Shown: positions 12,052 to 23,974 of the stretch, piece by piece
Position numbering within the stretch: the stretch's first letter is position 1
How the letters are laid out: each line of letters opens with the position of its first letter
From: Azolla caroliniana
Lineage: Eukaryota; Plantae; Polypodiophyta
DNA length: 64,000 nucleotides
Reading direction: 5' to 3'
Assembly (NCBI GenBank): GCA_043228905.1
Contig: JBHGNT010000018.1
Location: 3,968,001 to 4,032,000 of the forward strand
The notes under the pieces: generated by a model
What the model saw: the letters and a program-made list of their open reading frames with translations, nothing else
Databases searched by the model: none
Told to the model about the DNA's origin: nothing
Position numbers and translations under genes: made by a program

Positions 12052-12430
12052 AAAGCATGTTGACTCTTGTATAGTCGAGGTGTGCAAAAGTGTTGTGTGT
12101 GAGCAAGATAATGAATCAAAGAAAACAACCAAAAATAAGATATACACATGATGATGGTTTAGGGTTTACACACATAAGCATGTTGACTCTTGTATAGTCG
12201 AGGTGTGCAAAAGTGTTGTGTGTGTGAGCAAGATAATGAATCAAAGAAAACAACCAGAAATAAGATATACACATGATGATGGTTTAGGGTTTATGCCCAT
12301 AACCCACTTGACTCTTGTATAGTCGAGGTGTGCAAATTGTGTGTGAGCAAGATAATGAATCAAAGAAAACAACCAGAAATAAGATCTACACATGATGATG
12401 GTTTAGGGTTTACGCACATAACCCACTGGA
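12052..12430. repeat. ~124-bp tandem repeat, 3 copies, each with a telomere-like GGTTTAGGGTTTA
   Basis: TGACTCTTGTATAGTCGAGG at 12061, 12184 and 12309; the telomere-like motif ends each unit. Confidence 0.92.
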
Positions 12431-13380
12431 CATGGGCAACGATTAGATGTACGCAAATTTGGCAATCATGAAATCTGTCGAAAGCATGGTCAACTATGGC
12501 ATCAATTTGTATGTGGAACATTTGGAAATACAAATGTGTAAAATGGTACTCAGAGGAAACACACACGATTGCAAATGCTTACACAACTATGTGGATTGAT
12601 CTAGTGGTATCATTGTGTGCACAATTTGAAAACCTACAAGGAGATTCATAGTCTCAAGAGTTGGCACGAGCACAATTTATCTCACTCTAGGAAGCCACAC
12701 TGATGGTGGACTTCACACCAGGATATTCGAAATGGTGCTTCCAACCACCTCACTGGCTCTACCTCCCCTCGCCAGCAAATCACCGATATTGCGTTCAGTG
12801 ATATCAATGTCTGCCTACGTTCAAAAGCTTGCTAGCTATGGCTTGATGCTTGTTGAAAAATAACAAGTTTTATCTCGCAACCGTTTGTTGTTATGTGGAC
12901 AACGATTGCCCTAGACATTCAAAGTTTGAGTTGATGAGAGTCAAACTCGTGCCCTCTTGTACCCAAAGTAAAAGTAGACTGTAGCACCATTCGACCAAAT
13001 ACTTCAACGTTTGGTGACTTTGATAAAAATCATTTAATAAACTTTTTTAGATTACCTTTGAGCCTTTTCTTGATCTCTCGTCATTATCGTTATATTTTTG
13101 TCATTTTAGTAAATATTCTGTGTAGAGCTCAAAAAACCACTTACATATGCAATTAAAGTAGTTAAAGAACATGCTAATGATTGCATCTTTTACAAGGAGT
13201 GGCTGAATTGAGCCATTACATGTGATAAATGGCATGCCAAGGGGACCCTCAAAATGTTTGAGTCCATCTTTGGCGCGATTGATGGCCTTGTTGTAGCCAA
13301 AGATGATGCACACTTGAAAGAGTGTTGGTGAGAGTGGGCATCATCAATTAAGATCAATAATAAGAAATTCCACATGGATC

Positions 13381-13898
13381 TGGCAAATTGCAACGGTTTG
13401 GTTTGAGGGTGTCAACCTCAAACCATTTTAAACCGAATTGTTAAAAAAAATTTGAAACTTAAACCAAACCGAATTGAACCATGAAACCATTTAAACCAAA
13501 ACTGTTCAAACCAAACCATTAAAGAAAATTCAAACTCAAACCAAACGGTTTTAGAGATTTTCAAACCGTTAAACTGTCATAATTTTTTCAATTTTTTCAA
13601 AATTTCCCTAAAATGTCAAAATTAGGCTTAAATGAAAAGGTTGTTAAGAAAAATGATTATGAAAATATTTAAGAAAAAATAATAAAGTGACAACATTAAA
13701 CCATTTAAACTGTTTGAACCATTTAAACCACGGCTGCAAACCGTTTGAACCGAACCGAACCGAACTGTCGACCCCCCAAATTGAACCGAATCGTTCAAAA
13801 AAACCTAAACCTAAACCGAACCGAACCAATCCATTTTAGCCGTTAAGTTGCGATTTCGTGGTTTGGTTTGGTTCAAACTAAACCATTGTCAATTCCTA
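13381..13898. mobile_element. Non-autonomous hAT-type element (MITE) with an 8-bp TSD
   Basis: Perfect flanking duplication CATGGATC (13373-13380 and 13899-13906). Imperfect TIRs TGGCAAATTGCAACGGTTTGGTTTGA / TCAAACTAAACCATTGTCAATTCCTA. Many subterminal AACCG/AAACC motifs. Confidence 0.85.
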
Positions 13899-14543
13899 CA
13901 TGGATCTTTGCCAATGAGAACAAATGTTGTCCCTTGGGTGGATTGGCGGTTAAAGGATAATACACTCTCGTTACAAAGTCACAACAAATATGTTGTATAA
14001 TCATGCAATGACATCATTGTCTTGGATATTACCTAAAACATGAAAAGGTATGGAATAATATATGTAGGTCAAATGCAAGGTGGTGGCAAATATTGTAATG
14101 TGGTTGGCATTGCTATTTTTCATTTCATGCAAATGTATTCATATGGAGAGTCATGATTTGTGGGTTACCATTAGGTTTAGCCTTAAAGGCACAAGGACGA
14201 GGGTCAGATACATGCTTCTTTTGCACTATTCTATTGGAGGTCAATACACATATGTTCATTTAATGTCCTATGGCACATATAGTTTGGAGGTACTTATGAG
14301 ATATTTGGCAAGTTTTAACCCGTTGTTATTTGAGGTTTCAAATTTTTCGCTCAATATGTTCGAAATGGTCCGGGTGACGAGTTGGAGATACTGTTCCAGT
14401 TTTTACAATACTGGGTATTGCAACACGATTGGAATATGCGTAAACGCTTTCATGTTGTTGACAGCAAACATGGGGTTGAAAACATATGCAGAGAAGTTAG
14501 AAGAGGCATTCTTCATTCTTATGTGGAAGTTTTGGATGTGAGA

Positions 14544-14581
<38 letters not shown>

Positions 14582-15613
14582 CATAGACATATTCAGGTGT
14601 TTCTAATGGCGTTACAGGGAGGGAGGTCTTGCTCTGCTCTCTCCTCCCTACGTAGGTAGGATAGGTGGGTAGAGAAAGACAGAAAGTTATATTAACGTCT
14701 TCTAAGGCCCAAATTTGGCCCATGAGACAATTGGTGTACTAGGTAGGGTGTCTACCGAATCATCAAAATACAAATAAAAATAAGCATAGACTTAACAAGT
14801 CTGTAACAAAAAAAGGCGGATTTGCACATACGATCGATATAAACCGTGGGTGCTTTTTTTTAGCCCAGAAAGCAGAAAGCAGAAAGCATAAAGCAGAGAG
14901 CAGAGAGCAGAAAGCAGAAAGCATAAAGCAGAAAGAGACGCCATTTGTTCTTTGGTTATACATATGAATATGTATATATGTACATATTTGAATTGGGATG
15001 TGTCCGTTTGAGAACAAAAATTCTTTGATTTCTTCTTTCTTTCTTTCTTTCATCTTCTTCCTGTGTTTCTTATGATTTTATTGATTGAAAAGTTATTTTT
15101 GGAGGCTTTCTCTCCTTTTGGCTTATTTACATATTTGCCCCCCCCCCCCCCTCCTCTCTGTCTCTGTCTCTGTTTCTCTCTCTCTCTGCTCTGCTCTGTT
15201 CTGTCTTTTTCTCTGTGTCTCTCTCCTCCTTCGTCGTCTCAGGTTCTCTGTCTGTCTGTCTGTCTGTTTGTCTGTGGATCCTTCCCTTCGCTTCATTCCA
15301 TTGATCGCTATTTCTTTCTTTCTTTCTTTCTCATAGGGGTAGTTCTCTCTTCTCTCTTCTCGTCCTTTGCCTCCTTTTCCCATCTCCTTTCTTTCTTTTC
15401 TTCCCTCCTCTGCTTCTTTCTCGTTTCTTTTCTGCCGATTTTCTGCTTAAGTACAGTATCAGTACCAAAAATTTGGTTTTTCTTTTTCTTTTTCTTTTTT
15501 CCATTCAGGTGCAGCTTCCTGTGTGTTGATACATATATATATACATATATATATCACAGAAAGTAAAGAAGGATAAAGGAGGAGGACATCGATCAGCGCG
15601 GAAGGAGTGAGCC

Positions 15614-18600
15614 ATGGAGAGCAGGTCTTCTGAGAATCTCTCCACAGATCTGTCTGAAGACTTGATAGAAAGTGGGGTTCTGGAAGGTTCCGAAGAAAGA
15701 GGAAGCGAAGGACGTATCGTCCCTGCTTCTGTATCATCATCCAGAACCTCTTTTACAAGCCTGAGTCAAGTCGATTCTGACCTTGCCCTCGCCCGAGCTC
15801 TTCAACAACAGGTATGCCTTTGGTCCTCTTATCTTTCTGCTTTCAACTATCTTGGCAAAGATTGCTGGGTTTCTGTCCCGAGTTGTAAAGATTCAAAGAG
15901 TTGTTTTGCCAGAGGATATGTACAGGTTCAAGATAATAGGTTGAGTGATAGAATGTATAGATACATGAGGAAATCCACGGCGATCATGTGGAGAAACAGT
16001 ACATCCACAGAGATGATGTAGAGACATAGGATCACAGAGGGGATGTGTAGAGAGAGGATTTACATAGCTAAGATAGGATAGAATGTGAACATTGTAGAGA
16101 AATGATGTGTGGAGAGAGGATGGGTACGCCTACATGTACATGAACGTTATGTCCTAAGAGAGGATATGGTATGTCGATGGAAAGGATGTGTACTTTGTAA
16201 AGAGAGAATATGTATACTGCCATGTCAACAGTCCAAAGATAGGGTGCTTATCCTGTTAATAAATGATATGAAGAGACAGGATGTGTAAACTCCATGCCCC
16301 CATGGATTCTGGCTTATATACTTATATATAGACCTTTATAACTTATTGTGTTTGGGCAGCCTTAAAATCTTTCAACTATCATCAAGGAAGTTCAAGATTA
16401 TTTATCATTTCTAATATGGTTTTTAGTGTTTCCTAGAGTACATTGTTCGGTATCTTTCTTCATTGTAGAAAATTTCCTTAATCTTCATGTACGTGATTAA
16501 ATTTATTGTTTGGATTATATGTTCTTGCTCAATAATTCATAAAAATGAGGCATTGGAATCTCTATTTCAAAAGAATCATGAATAGATAATAGAAATGTAA
16601 CTGTTGGATCTTGTATCAAAGAGGGGTTGGGGACATTCAGAGTTGGATAGTAGAATTGAGAAAATTTCAAAATAGTGAAAATCATGGAAGTGAAATTTGA
16701 GAATCAAAACAGTAAAAAAAATCAGTGCTTGAAAATCAGGGAAATTTCTTAAATAGAGAAATGATGAGGGTTAATTGTAGAAGTGAACTTTGAGAATTAT
16801 AACAGTTGAAAAAAAAAGCGCTTGAAAATCAAGGAAATTTTTAATTTTCTGAAATAGGGAAAGTCATGAGGGTTAATTGTAGAAGTGAACTTTGTGAATC
16901 AAAACAGTTGGAAAAAATCAGCGCTTGAAAATCAAGGAAATTTTTAAGTGTCTTAAATAGTGGGTCTAAAACAGTTGGGAAAGTTTATTATGTGAAATTA
17001 GTAAAATTTTAATTTGCAGCCAAATTAGAGATTGGGATTGAAAATTGAATAACAGGTTGCAACTCATATGTGTTCTATTATACTCTTAGTTTTAAAGTAA
17101 TTTATGAAATAGCACATATGAGGGGCCCAAACCATGCCCATTTATAGAAAAACTGTGGAAACAATATCACTATGCGTATTATATTGGAGCATCATACATG
17201 ATATAAAAAGTTCTATTTCCAGCATAAAAACTGTTTTTCTTTGCAGGAGCATGCCTACTTACTTTTGCATATGGGCGGTGAAGAAAATGAATATGAAATA
17301 GTCAGTGCTGCTGAGGACTACGAGTATGTTAATGAAGGTGATGAGGATCAAGATCCTGCAGATCTACAATCACAACTCCCACCAGAACCTAACCGTTTGA
17401 TTGGAGAAGAGGATGATGATGATGAAGGTCACATAGATGGATCGCTGTTTGAAAATGATGAAGCATATGCCCAAGCTTTGCAAGATGCAGAGCAACGGAA
17501 TGCAACTCTTTACATGATGGGACGTATAGGTGTTGTTGAATGTATGTGCCCTACGTTTTTAACCTATGCCTAAATAGACGACTTTGTACGTTGGTGTATA
17601 CTGTATTTTGGGATATTGACATGCATGAAGGATTTTAGGCATTAAGAGTTAAGGTTGTAATGTGTAGTGTAAATCATCATCTTGTCTTTCAGAAATTTGT
17701 TTTATATTCTGATTTCCTAAACTATATGAATAAATATTGACACTGGTGTTCATTATTCTAAGGATGAAGACATGCATGAAAAGTTTATGGTGCCCTTGTA
17801 TAATTTGAAAAGAGAAAATTGGTCTTCTATTTAAGTCCGTCAATGTATATTCTTTTCAGTATGCTGACATGACATAAAAGTTCTTATTCTCACTGATGAT
17901 GCTGTCAATAGTTTGCTGTCTTGGTCTTCAGACTAAATGAACATCTGTTAATAGCTTGTAACCCTCTCACAGTCTTTATGCAAACATGGCTGCATTTCAA
18001 TTTCTTCGAATTATCGGATTACTCATTCTTTCTTTCAGAGTCTTTACTGCTATTCTGATTTTCTATTTTTACTCATACAAAATGTAAACAAATCTTGCAG
18101 CTGATGGAGAAGAAGATGATGAAAGCTATGGGTCTCAGGTACTAGATCCATTGAGTGCTCATCTTTATAATGTACATCCTTTGTTTTTCTCTTTTGATGT
18201 TTGTGTATCCTAATATTATATTAATGCTTCTGTTTTTTGCTATTCAGGATGTCTGGCAAGATGTGGATCCAGATAACATGTCTTATGAGGTAAATTGAAA
18301 GCTATGTTGTTGGTTAAATGATGAATGGTGTTAAGCAGGTTTATTATATTGGGAATTCAGGGTTTCACTGACTGTGTTAAACAGGTTTATTATATTGGGA
18401 ATTAAAAATTGCAATCTTACACAGGAATTGGTAGCTCTAGGAGAGGCAGTTGGAACACATAGTAAAGGTCTGAAGCCTGATGTTATTGCTTCATTACCTT
18501 GTAATAAGTTTGTTAGCTCAAGCACCAATTCTGAAGATCCGTAAGTTTTCTTCATCCCAAATCATCATACATTTTGTCATCCCTTACTGATTTTTATGTG

Positions 18601-19092
18601 CGTCACTTTTGCGAAGTATTCATTTTATATCATATTATTGCTTGAAGAAGTGTGAGTCAGTTCTTCTGCTCTTGTTTAATGATCATGCATTTCTTCTTTC
18701 CTCATTTGAATGGAGTTCGCTACTTTATTTTGATTGTAGTCTTGCATTATCTACTTGCCAAGATGTTCATTTCAAAATATATGATGGTTTGAATAGGTGT
18801 GTGATTTGTCGATATGAATATGAAGATGGTGATACATTATCAACATTACCCTGCAAACACCGTTACCATACAGATTGCATTAAGGACTGGCTTCAAATAA
18901 ACAAGGTAGTTCATTTTTTAAATTCTCTCTTTATACCTGTTTCCTATGGTTGTCGAAAGGCAATGCTTATAATATGAACCTTATCAACAAACAATCCATC
19001 ATCAAGGGTTTTGTTTATATGATCTTGAAATGATCTCGCAGGTTTGCCCAATGTGCAGTGCTGAAGTAACACCATCAGGAAAGGAGAATTAG
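15614..19092 (+). CDS. BBR: E3 ubiquitin ligase BIG BROTHER-related (RING-H2); 7 exons
   Basis: Exons 15614-15811, 17247-17541, 18101-18138, 18248-18289, 18425-18540, 18797-18905, 19042-19092. Motifs [87 protein letters not shown]. Confidence 0.92.
16690..16960. repeat. ~95-100 bp degenerate tandem repeat (3 copies) in BBR intron 1
   Basis: AGTGAA.TTTG.GAAT...AACAGT..AAAAAA..GC.CTTGAAAATCA.GGAAATTT repeated three times. Confidence 0.75.
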
Positions 19093-20039
19093 TGTTTGTA
19101 TGATGGTTTCTCGAATTATTATGACTACTTGATATATTGTGTACATACGATATTGTTTGTTTTGGACACATTCACCGCTGTGAATGTGTCTTGGTGGCAA
19201 TCCAATTTGTAAAGGATGCAACTCTGACATTGTTTTTTCATTATGATTTATTGAAATCATGTGCTTTGCACTCATTCTCTATTTCAATCTTCATCATATT
19301 ATGAATGTATGGAAGAGATGGATAGAAACCAGTTGTGCCATATGTCTATATCATCATAATTGAGAGTGAGCGAGAGAGAGGGAGACAAAGACTAAGCGGG
19401 AATGTTAAAATGAATTCAATAATATAGACAATTTGATGGAAATAGAAATTTGTACTTCCATGGCTCAAAGTGATACCATGGTTTTCAAGAAGGTTTCAAG
19501 ATTAAGGTCTTCAAGTGGTTCTGATGGTTATGGCCCCATATTAACACCTCATTGTAGCATAAATTGTTTTATATTAAAGCTATCAATTGGTGCTAAACTG
19601 ATCAATTGGCTGTAAATGTCTTACCCAGAGAGTTTGTGAGTGAAATTGTATTGCTGAAGATAGTTCTGTAATAACAATGAACATGCACTTTGTGTTAGAA
19701 TGTTTTTAAGGGAGGGTCATGAAGTGGTTCAACTCATATACTGTGTGACTCAACTTTGGGTTGGAACTTGGAAAATGTAAATAGACTAGTCATTGTTTTA
19801 CAGCCTTTTAACATGATCAGGAAAGTGACATCTCCTCTTTAGCACCTTTTACCCTAAATTTGGACACACAACAAAGAAATCATCATTGTATATTGTCTCT
19901 TTTATATCTAGATTTTACATGTCTCATTAACCTCTTTTTTTCAAGTCTACTTATCTTACACAACAAAAATGATGGCAATAAAGGCAACACAACCAGGACA
20001 CCACACCATGCTTACATATAAGGCAGAACCAATACAAGT

Positions 20040-20830
20040 GGTTCAAAGATTAAATTTTAAATTTTAATGCCCCATCGACAAATATGTGGAGTATATGCTT
20101 TGAGTCTCGATTTCAAGACGGTAGACATATTATATGTCTGAAAATCAATGCAACCAATGTGACACATGAGGATTGAAGCTGGATTGATGTTATTCAATGT
20201 TATGTTGGTCCAAGCGTTGCTTTATGCAGTGGAGGTGTGGGGTGGCACTATCTCGCTTAGTGCGTGGAATGAATTGGGGGCCAACTATGCAGGTTGAAAC
20301 ATATCATCCTATTGGAAACAAGTACTACCTATGCAAAGAGTATAGATGTATATCACAAAAGTCAAGAGTATGCTTGATCATAGATTTCCCAAAGAAGTGT
20401 GGAACATAGGATGCAAAGTATGAAAAACTAATAAGAGAAAAATCCTCTCATCTAGCTAGGTGCTTTACATTTCAAAATGGTTAAAGGGTGGGTATTAAAA
20501 GATGTAATGTAGCTCTTAGTTGATGTTATGAAATTGGGGTTAAATTACCAGAGGCACGAAGGATGAAGGGACAAGATGCTAAAATGTCCAAATTGGAATA
20601 TTATTACATTGCAAATATTAGCCCCTAGTATTGGCCCCACGACAAGTTAAAAAATACCAAAATATATCCAATTCCATCGCACTTCTTCAAACTCGCTCAC
20701 ACAAGTTAGGCATTGAGGTAGCATCATGGCCTCACCATAGTGGAGGATAAATATCGAATATCACTTACTTGTCGCATGCTCAACATATCAGGTAATTCGT
20801 GAGAAATATGATGACTTGTTAAATGCGCAT
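20040..20830 (+). mobile_element. Degenerate non-LTR retrotransposon (LINE) 3' ORF2 remnant
   Basis: Broken frames read LFNVMLVQALLYAVEVWGG (LYG.EVWG motif), IALLQTRSHKLGIEVASW and HLLVACSTYQVIREKY, typical of LINE ORF2 C-termini. Confidence 0.65.
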
Positions 20831-21178
20831 GATAATGTGAGTGAGTGTCATACTCAGATTTCCAACGAGAAGGGTGAGCGCGTACGTGGGTGCATTATTT
20901 TCACAATAGAGAGAGATTTTTTTTACTACATAGTAGTAACCCCTTTTCTTAGGAAGGAGTCACATAGACACGGTGATATGTTGATTTGGTCTCGTAGGTC
21001 AAATTTGGCCTCATCTTGAACGATACAATTTCTATGCTATTCTAGTCTTTTTCAACATGAAGCAGCAACACATTGATGCGCTACTGTGAGCGAAACGATA
21101 ACCTGTCATTATAGTCATACCTCCATCTTCATAGCCTTTTACGGAGCCATCGGGACGAAGAAGTAACATATATCGTAG

Positions 21179-21228
21179 TTTCCCGATCGGGAAAAAACCT
21201 CGGATATCTCAGTTTCCCGATCGGGAAA
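21179..21228. other. Two copies of a perfect 16-bp palindrome TTTCCCGATCGGGAAA
   Basis: At 21179-21194 and 21213-21228, just upstream of the GAA-rich probable 5' UTR of CCB3. Confidence 0.9.
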
Positions 21229-22397
21229 GGTTTTTTTTTACGACTACGCGGTATAAGAAGGAGGAACCAACATGTGTGAAAGCAATAGAAGAAGAAGAAG
21301 AAGAAGAAGAAGAAGAAGAAGAAAAAGAAAAAGAAGAAGAAAAGATGAAGAAGAAAGCTCTGTTTTTTTTTTTGTTAACCAAACATATAGAGACAGAATA
21401 AGATAAGGCATGTGGGCGATCTGCCTATCCTATCCCAATCTGCACTGATGTGAGTCTCCCTCTCCCTTCTCTCTCCCTCTCTCTCTGCACTTGATTTTCT
21501 GGCTTTTGATCTTCATCTGTGAATGCTTAAAGAAGTGTGGAAAGCAACTCTCTGTTTTGTGCTACATGCCTCTAGGATATGGCATGCTCTGCTATCTTAT
21601 TAACTCTTTGTATTTCAGGCTTTGAAGGGCACCTTATTGCTGTATCTGTCAAACACACCACACGCACACATAGATATCATGATTGAAATGTGTATGGCTG
21701 TCTGTCTGTATACATATATGTAGTTACATACATTACATACACAGTGATAGAGAGATTGCTGCATGTAAAATGCTGAACACACGAATCAAGTCTTATGTAT
21801 AATAGGAATGGCTCAGCTGTATACATATGTTCAGATACATACATACATCCATACATCATAGAGATGGGACATCAATGTATTGGCGAGTCTGACAATACAT
21901 ACCAATAAACCATCACCCTTTATCTGCAATCTGCACAATCTGCACCATTGCTGTAATATCACATAGCTTTCATCCTCTTTGGTGTGAGACAGGGCATCCA
22001 AACTTTTGGGGGACTTATGAACCATGCATGTTTTGATCTGAACAAGTATCTCTAGAACCCTCTACTTCAATCATTTATTTTTTATTACATTGAAAGTTAG
22101 TTTACTGGCATTTTCAATCATGACCTTACACACCTTTCTTTCTCAGCCACAGTGTGCACAGTCAAATGCAAAGTTCATTGTGAAAGTTCTTGAACATTTA
22201 TATGTAATTATGTGAGATAAAGATAGATAGATAGAGAGATGTGGTTTATATATGCCTTTTAGTCTCTAAAAGACGGTTCTTAAATTAGGTCATCAAGGCC
22301 ATAAGTTCCCATTCAAATCCAGCCAGCAGTGTATTATGCATGTATAAGTTAGTTTCAACACAAAGTGCTCACAATCATTGAGGCTAAGCAGAATAGA

Positions 22398-23051
22398 ATG
22401 GCTCTTCTATGTGGGGGTTGTTATCATGCTAACCTTCCAAATGCTCATATGAGACTGGTGCCACATCCAACCACTTTGAAACACTTATCTCATGTTCAGT
22501 GCAAGTCTAAGGTGGACATCAACATGGTCAGAGAAGATAATTTGTTTCACATTCAGTCAAAAAGACCCGAATCAAGAAAGCATGGTTCCACCCTCACAAC
22601 ATTTGCACCATTACTTTCTTCCCTCTTCATGCTAGCACCAGCTGGTGCTATGGAAACTTCTCGTTCGTATGCATTACCTCTTGCCAAAATTGGCGAGAAT
22701 GGCCTATATACAGAGGACCTCCGGACTTTATATATGTTATCTCTTGCGGAAATAGATCCATCAACGGCTGCCACCATTGCGCAAATCCTTGGTCCCATCT
22801 TTGCGTCCCTAAATTTCCTCTTCATTATAAGAATCGTTATGTCATGGTATCCTCAACTACCTGTAGACAAACTTCCTTATGTAATTGCTTTTGCACCGAC
22901 TGAGCCAGTGCTTGAACCTACCCGGAGGCTTATTCCCCCTGTTGGAGGTGTGGATGTGGCACCTGTTATTTGGGTAGCTATCATGAGTTTTTTGAATGAA
23001 ATTCTGTTGGGCCAACAAGGGCTCCTTGTGCTTCTTTCCCAGAAGACCTAA
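22398..23051 (+). CDS. CCB3: Cofactor assembly of complex C subunit B CCB3 (YGGT family, chloroplast)
   Basis: Single coding exon from ATG 22398, just after a TAAGCAG acceptor. C-terminus EIDPSTA..LGP..FLFIIRIVMSWYPQLPVDKLPYVIAFAPTEP..TRRLIPPVGGVDVAPVIW..NEILLGQQGLLVLLSQ. Confidence 0.92.
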   Translation: MALLCGGCYHANLPNAHMRLVPHPTTLKHLSHVQCKSKVDINMVREDNLFHIQSKRPESRKHGSTLTTFAPLLSSLFMLAPAGAMETSRSYALPLAKIGENGLYTEDLRTLYMLSLAEIDPSTAATIAQILGPIFASLNFLFIIRIVMSWYPQLPVDKLPYVIAFAPTEPVLEPTRRLIPPVGGVDVAPVIWVAIMSFLNEILLGQQGLLVLLSQKT

Positions 23052-23974
23052 CTTTAAAAGTTATATACATGTACTTTTCAATGTATAGCACCTTGAGGTG
23101 CTTGCTATATTTACATTGGCAGGTACATCCTCTTGTAACACATTTGTCATTATAGACGCGAATTTAATTGTAATTCAAAGGGTTTATCTGTTCCAATGCA
23201 TAACGGCTTGAGGTATTGATTTATTGTTCATAACTGACCAAATGTTTATCATGCACATGTATTTATTGGTTGTGGTTGCATATCTTTTATATGTATGTGG
23301 TTAGAGATCTTGATTTTTGTCCATTTTGGTATTTGAGATCCATTCCCTTCGCAATAGCATCTCCAGTATCTATTGATTCTTCTTGTTTATAATTACATCG
23401 CTGACTCTCTTATAACCAAAATATTGTGTACCATCAGTTCTTGGTCTTCAAAATTTATTTGTTTCCACATCATCTCGTAACCGATATTGAACGAGAGGAT
23501 GATTGATAGTGAGATTTAACTTCTGACCTGAAAATAACATCAAATTCATATGATGCACAACAGTGATCCCAGCCTAATTATTCTCTACTTTTAAGGCCAT
23601 GTTAATATAGTAATCTATTCTTGAGAAGATGGCTAATGTCGAGAATAATTAGAGATGAAGTCAGTATTATACAGCGCACAATTAATACTATGAAAGGGTG
23701 CCATATGCAAGGATTGGAGTGAAAGTGAAAAGGGCAGTTAGAGAGAAAGTATGCAGTAAGACAAAGGACAACAACAAGATAGAAATGAAGAGAATCTCAC
23801 TTAAACTGACATATGCAACTTAATAAAGAAAATTTCTAAGAAATATGAGGAAATAGAAGATAGAATGAGGATGCAACAAGTTCCTCCCTTGTTTCTAGTT
23901 GAGAGCCATTATAGGTCTTTGAAAACATTAGAACCGTTATAGGCCTTTGAAAACATTGGAACTGAAGGAAAAAG

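Noticed and set aside
14080-14541. 153-aa ORF with faint cullin-like phrases
   Set aside because: GTG start, no convincing motif, and similarity too weak to support without a profile search.
15063-15566. Hydrophobic 167-aa ORF and similar ORFs at 9026-9386, 28721-29215 and 53645-53947
   Set aside because: They arise from CT/GA/CTT microsatellites in UTR and promoter DNA.
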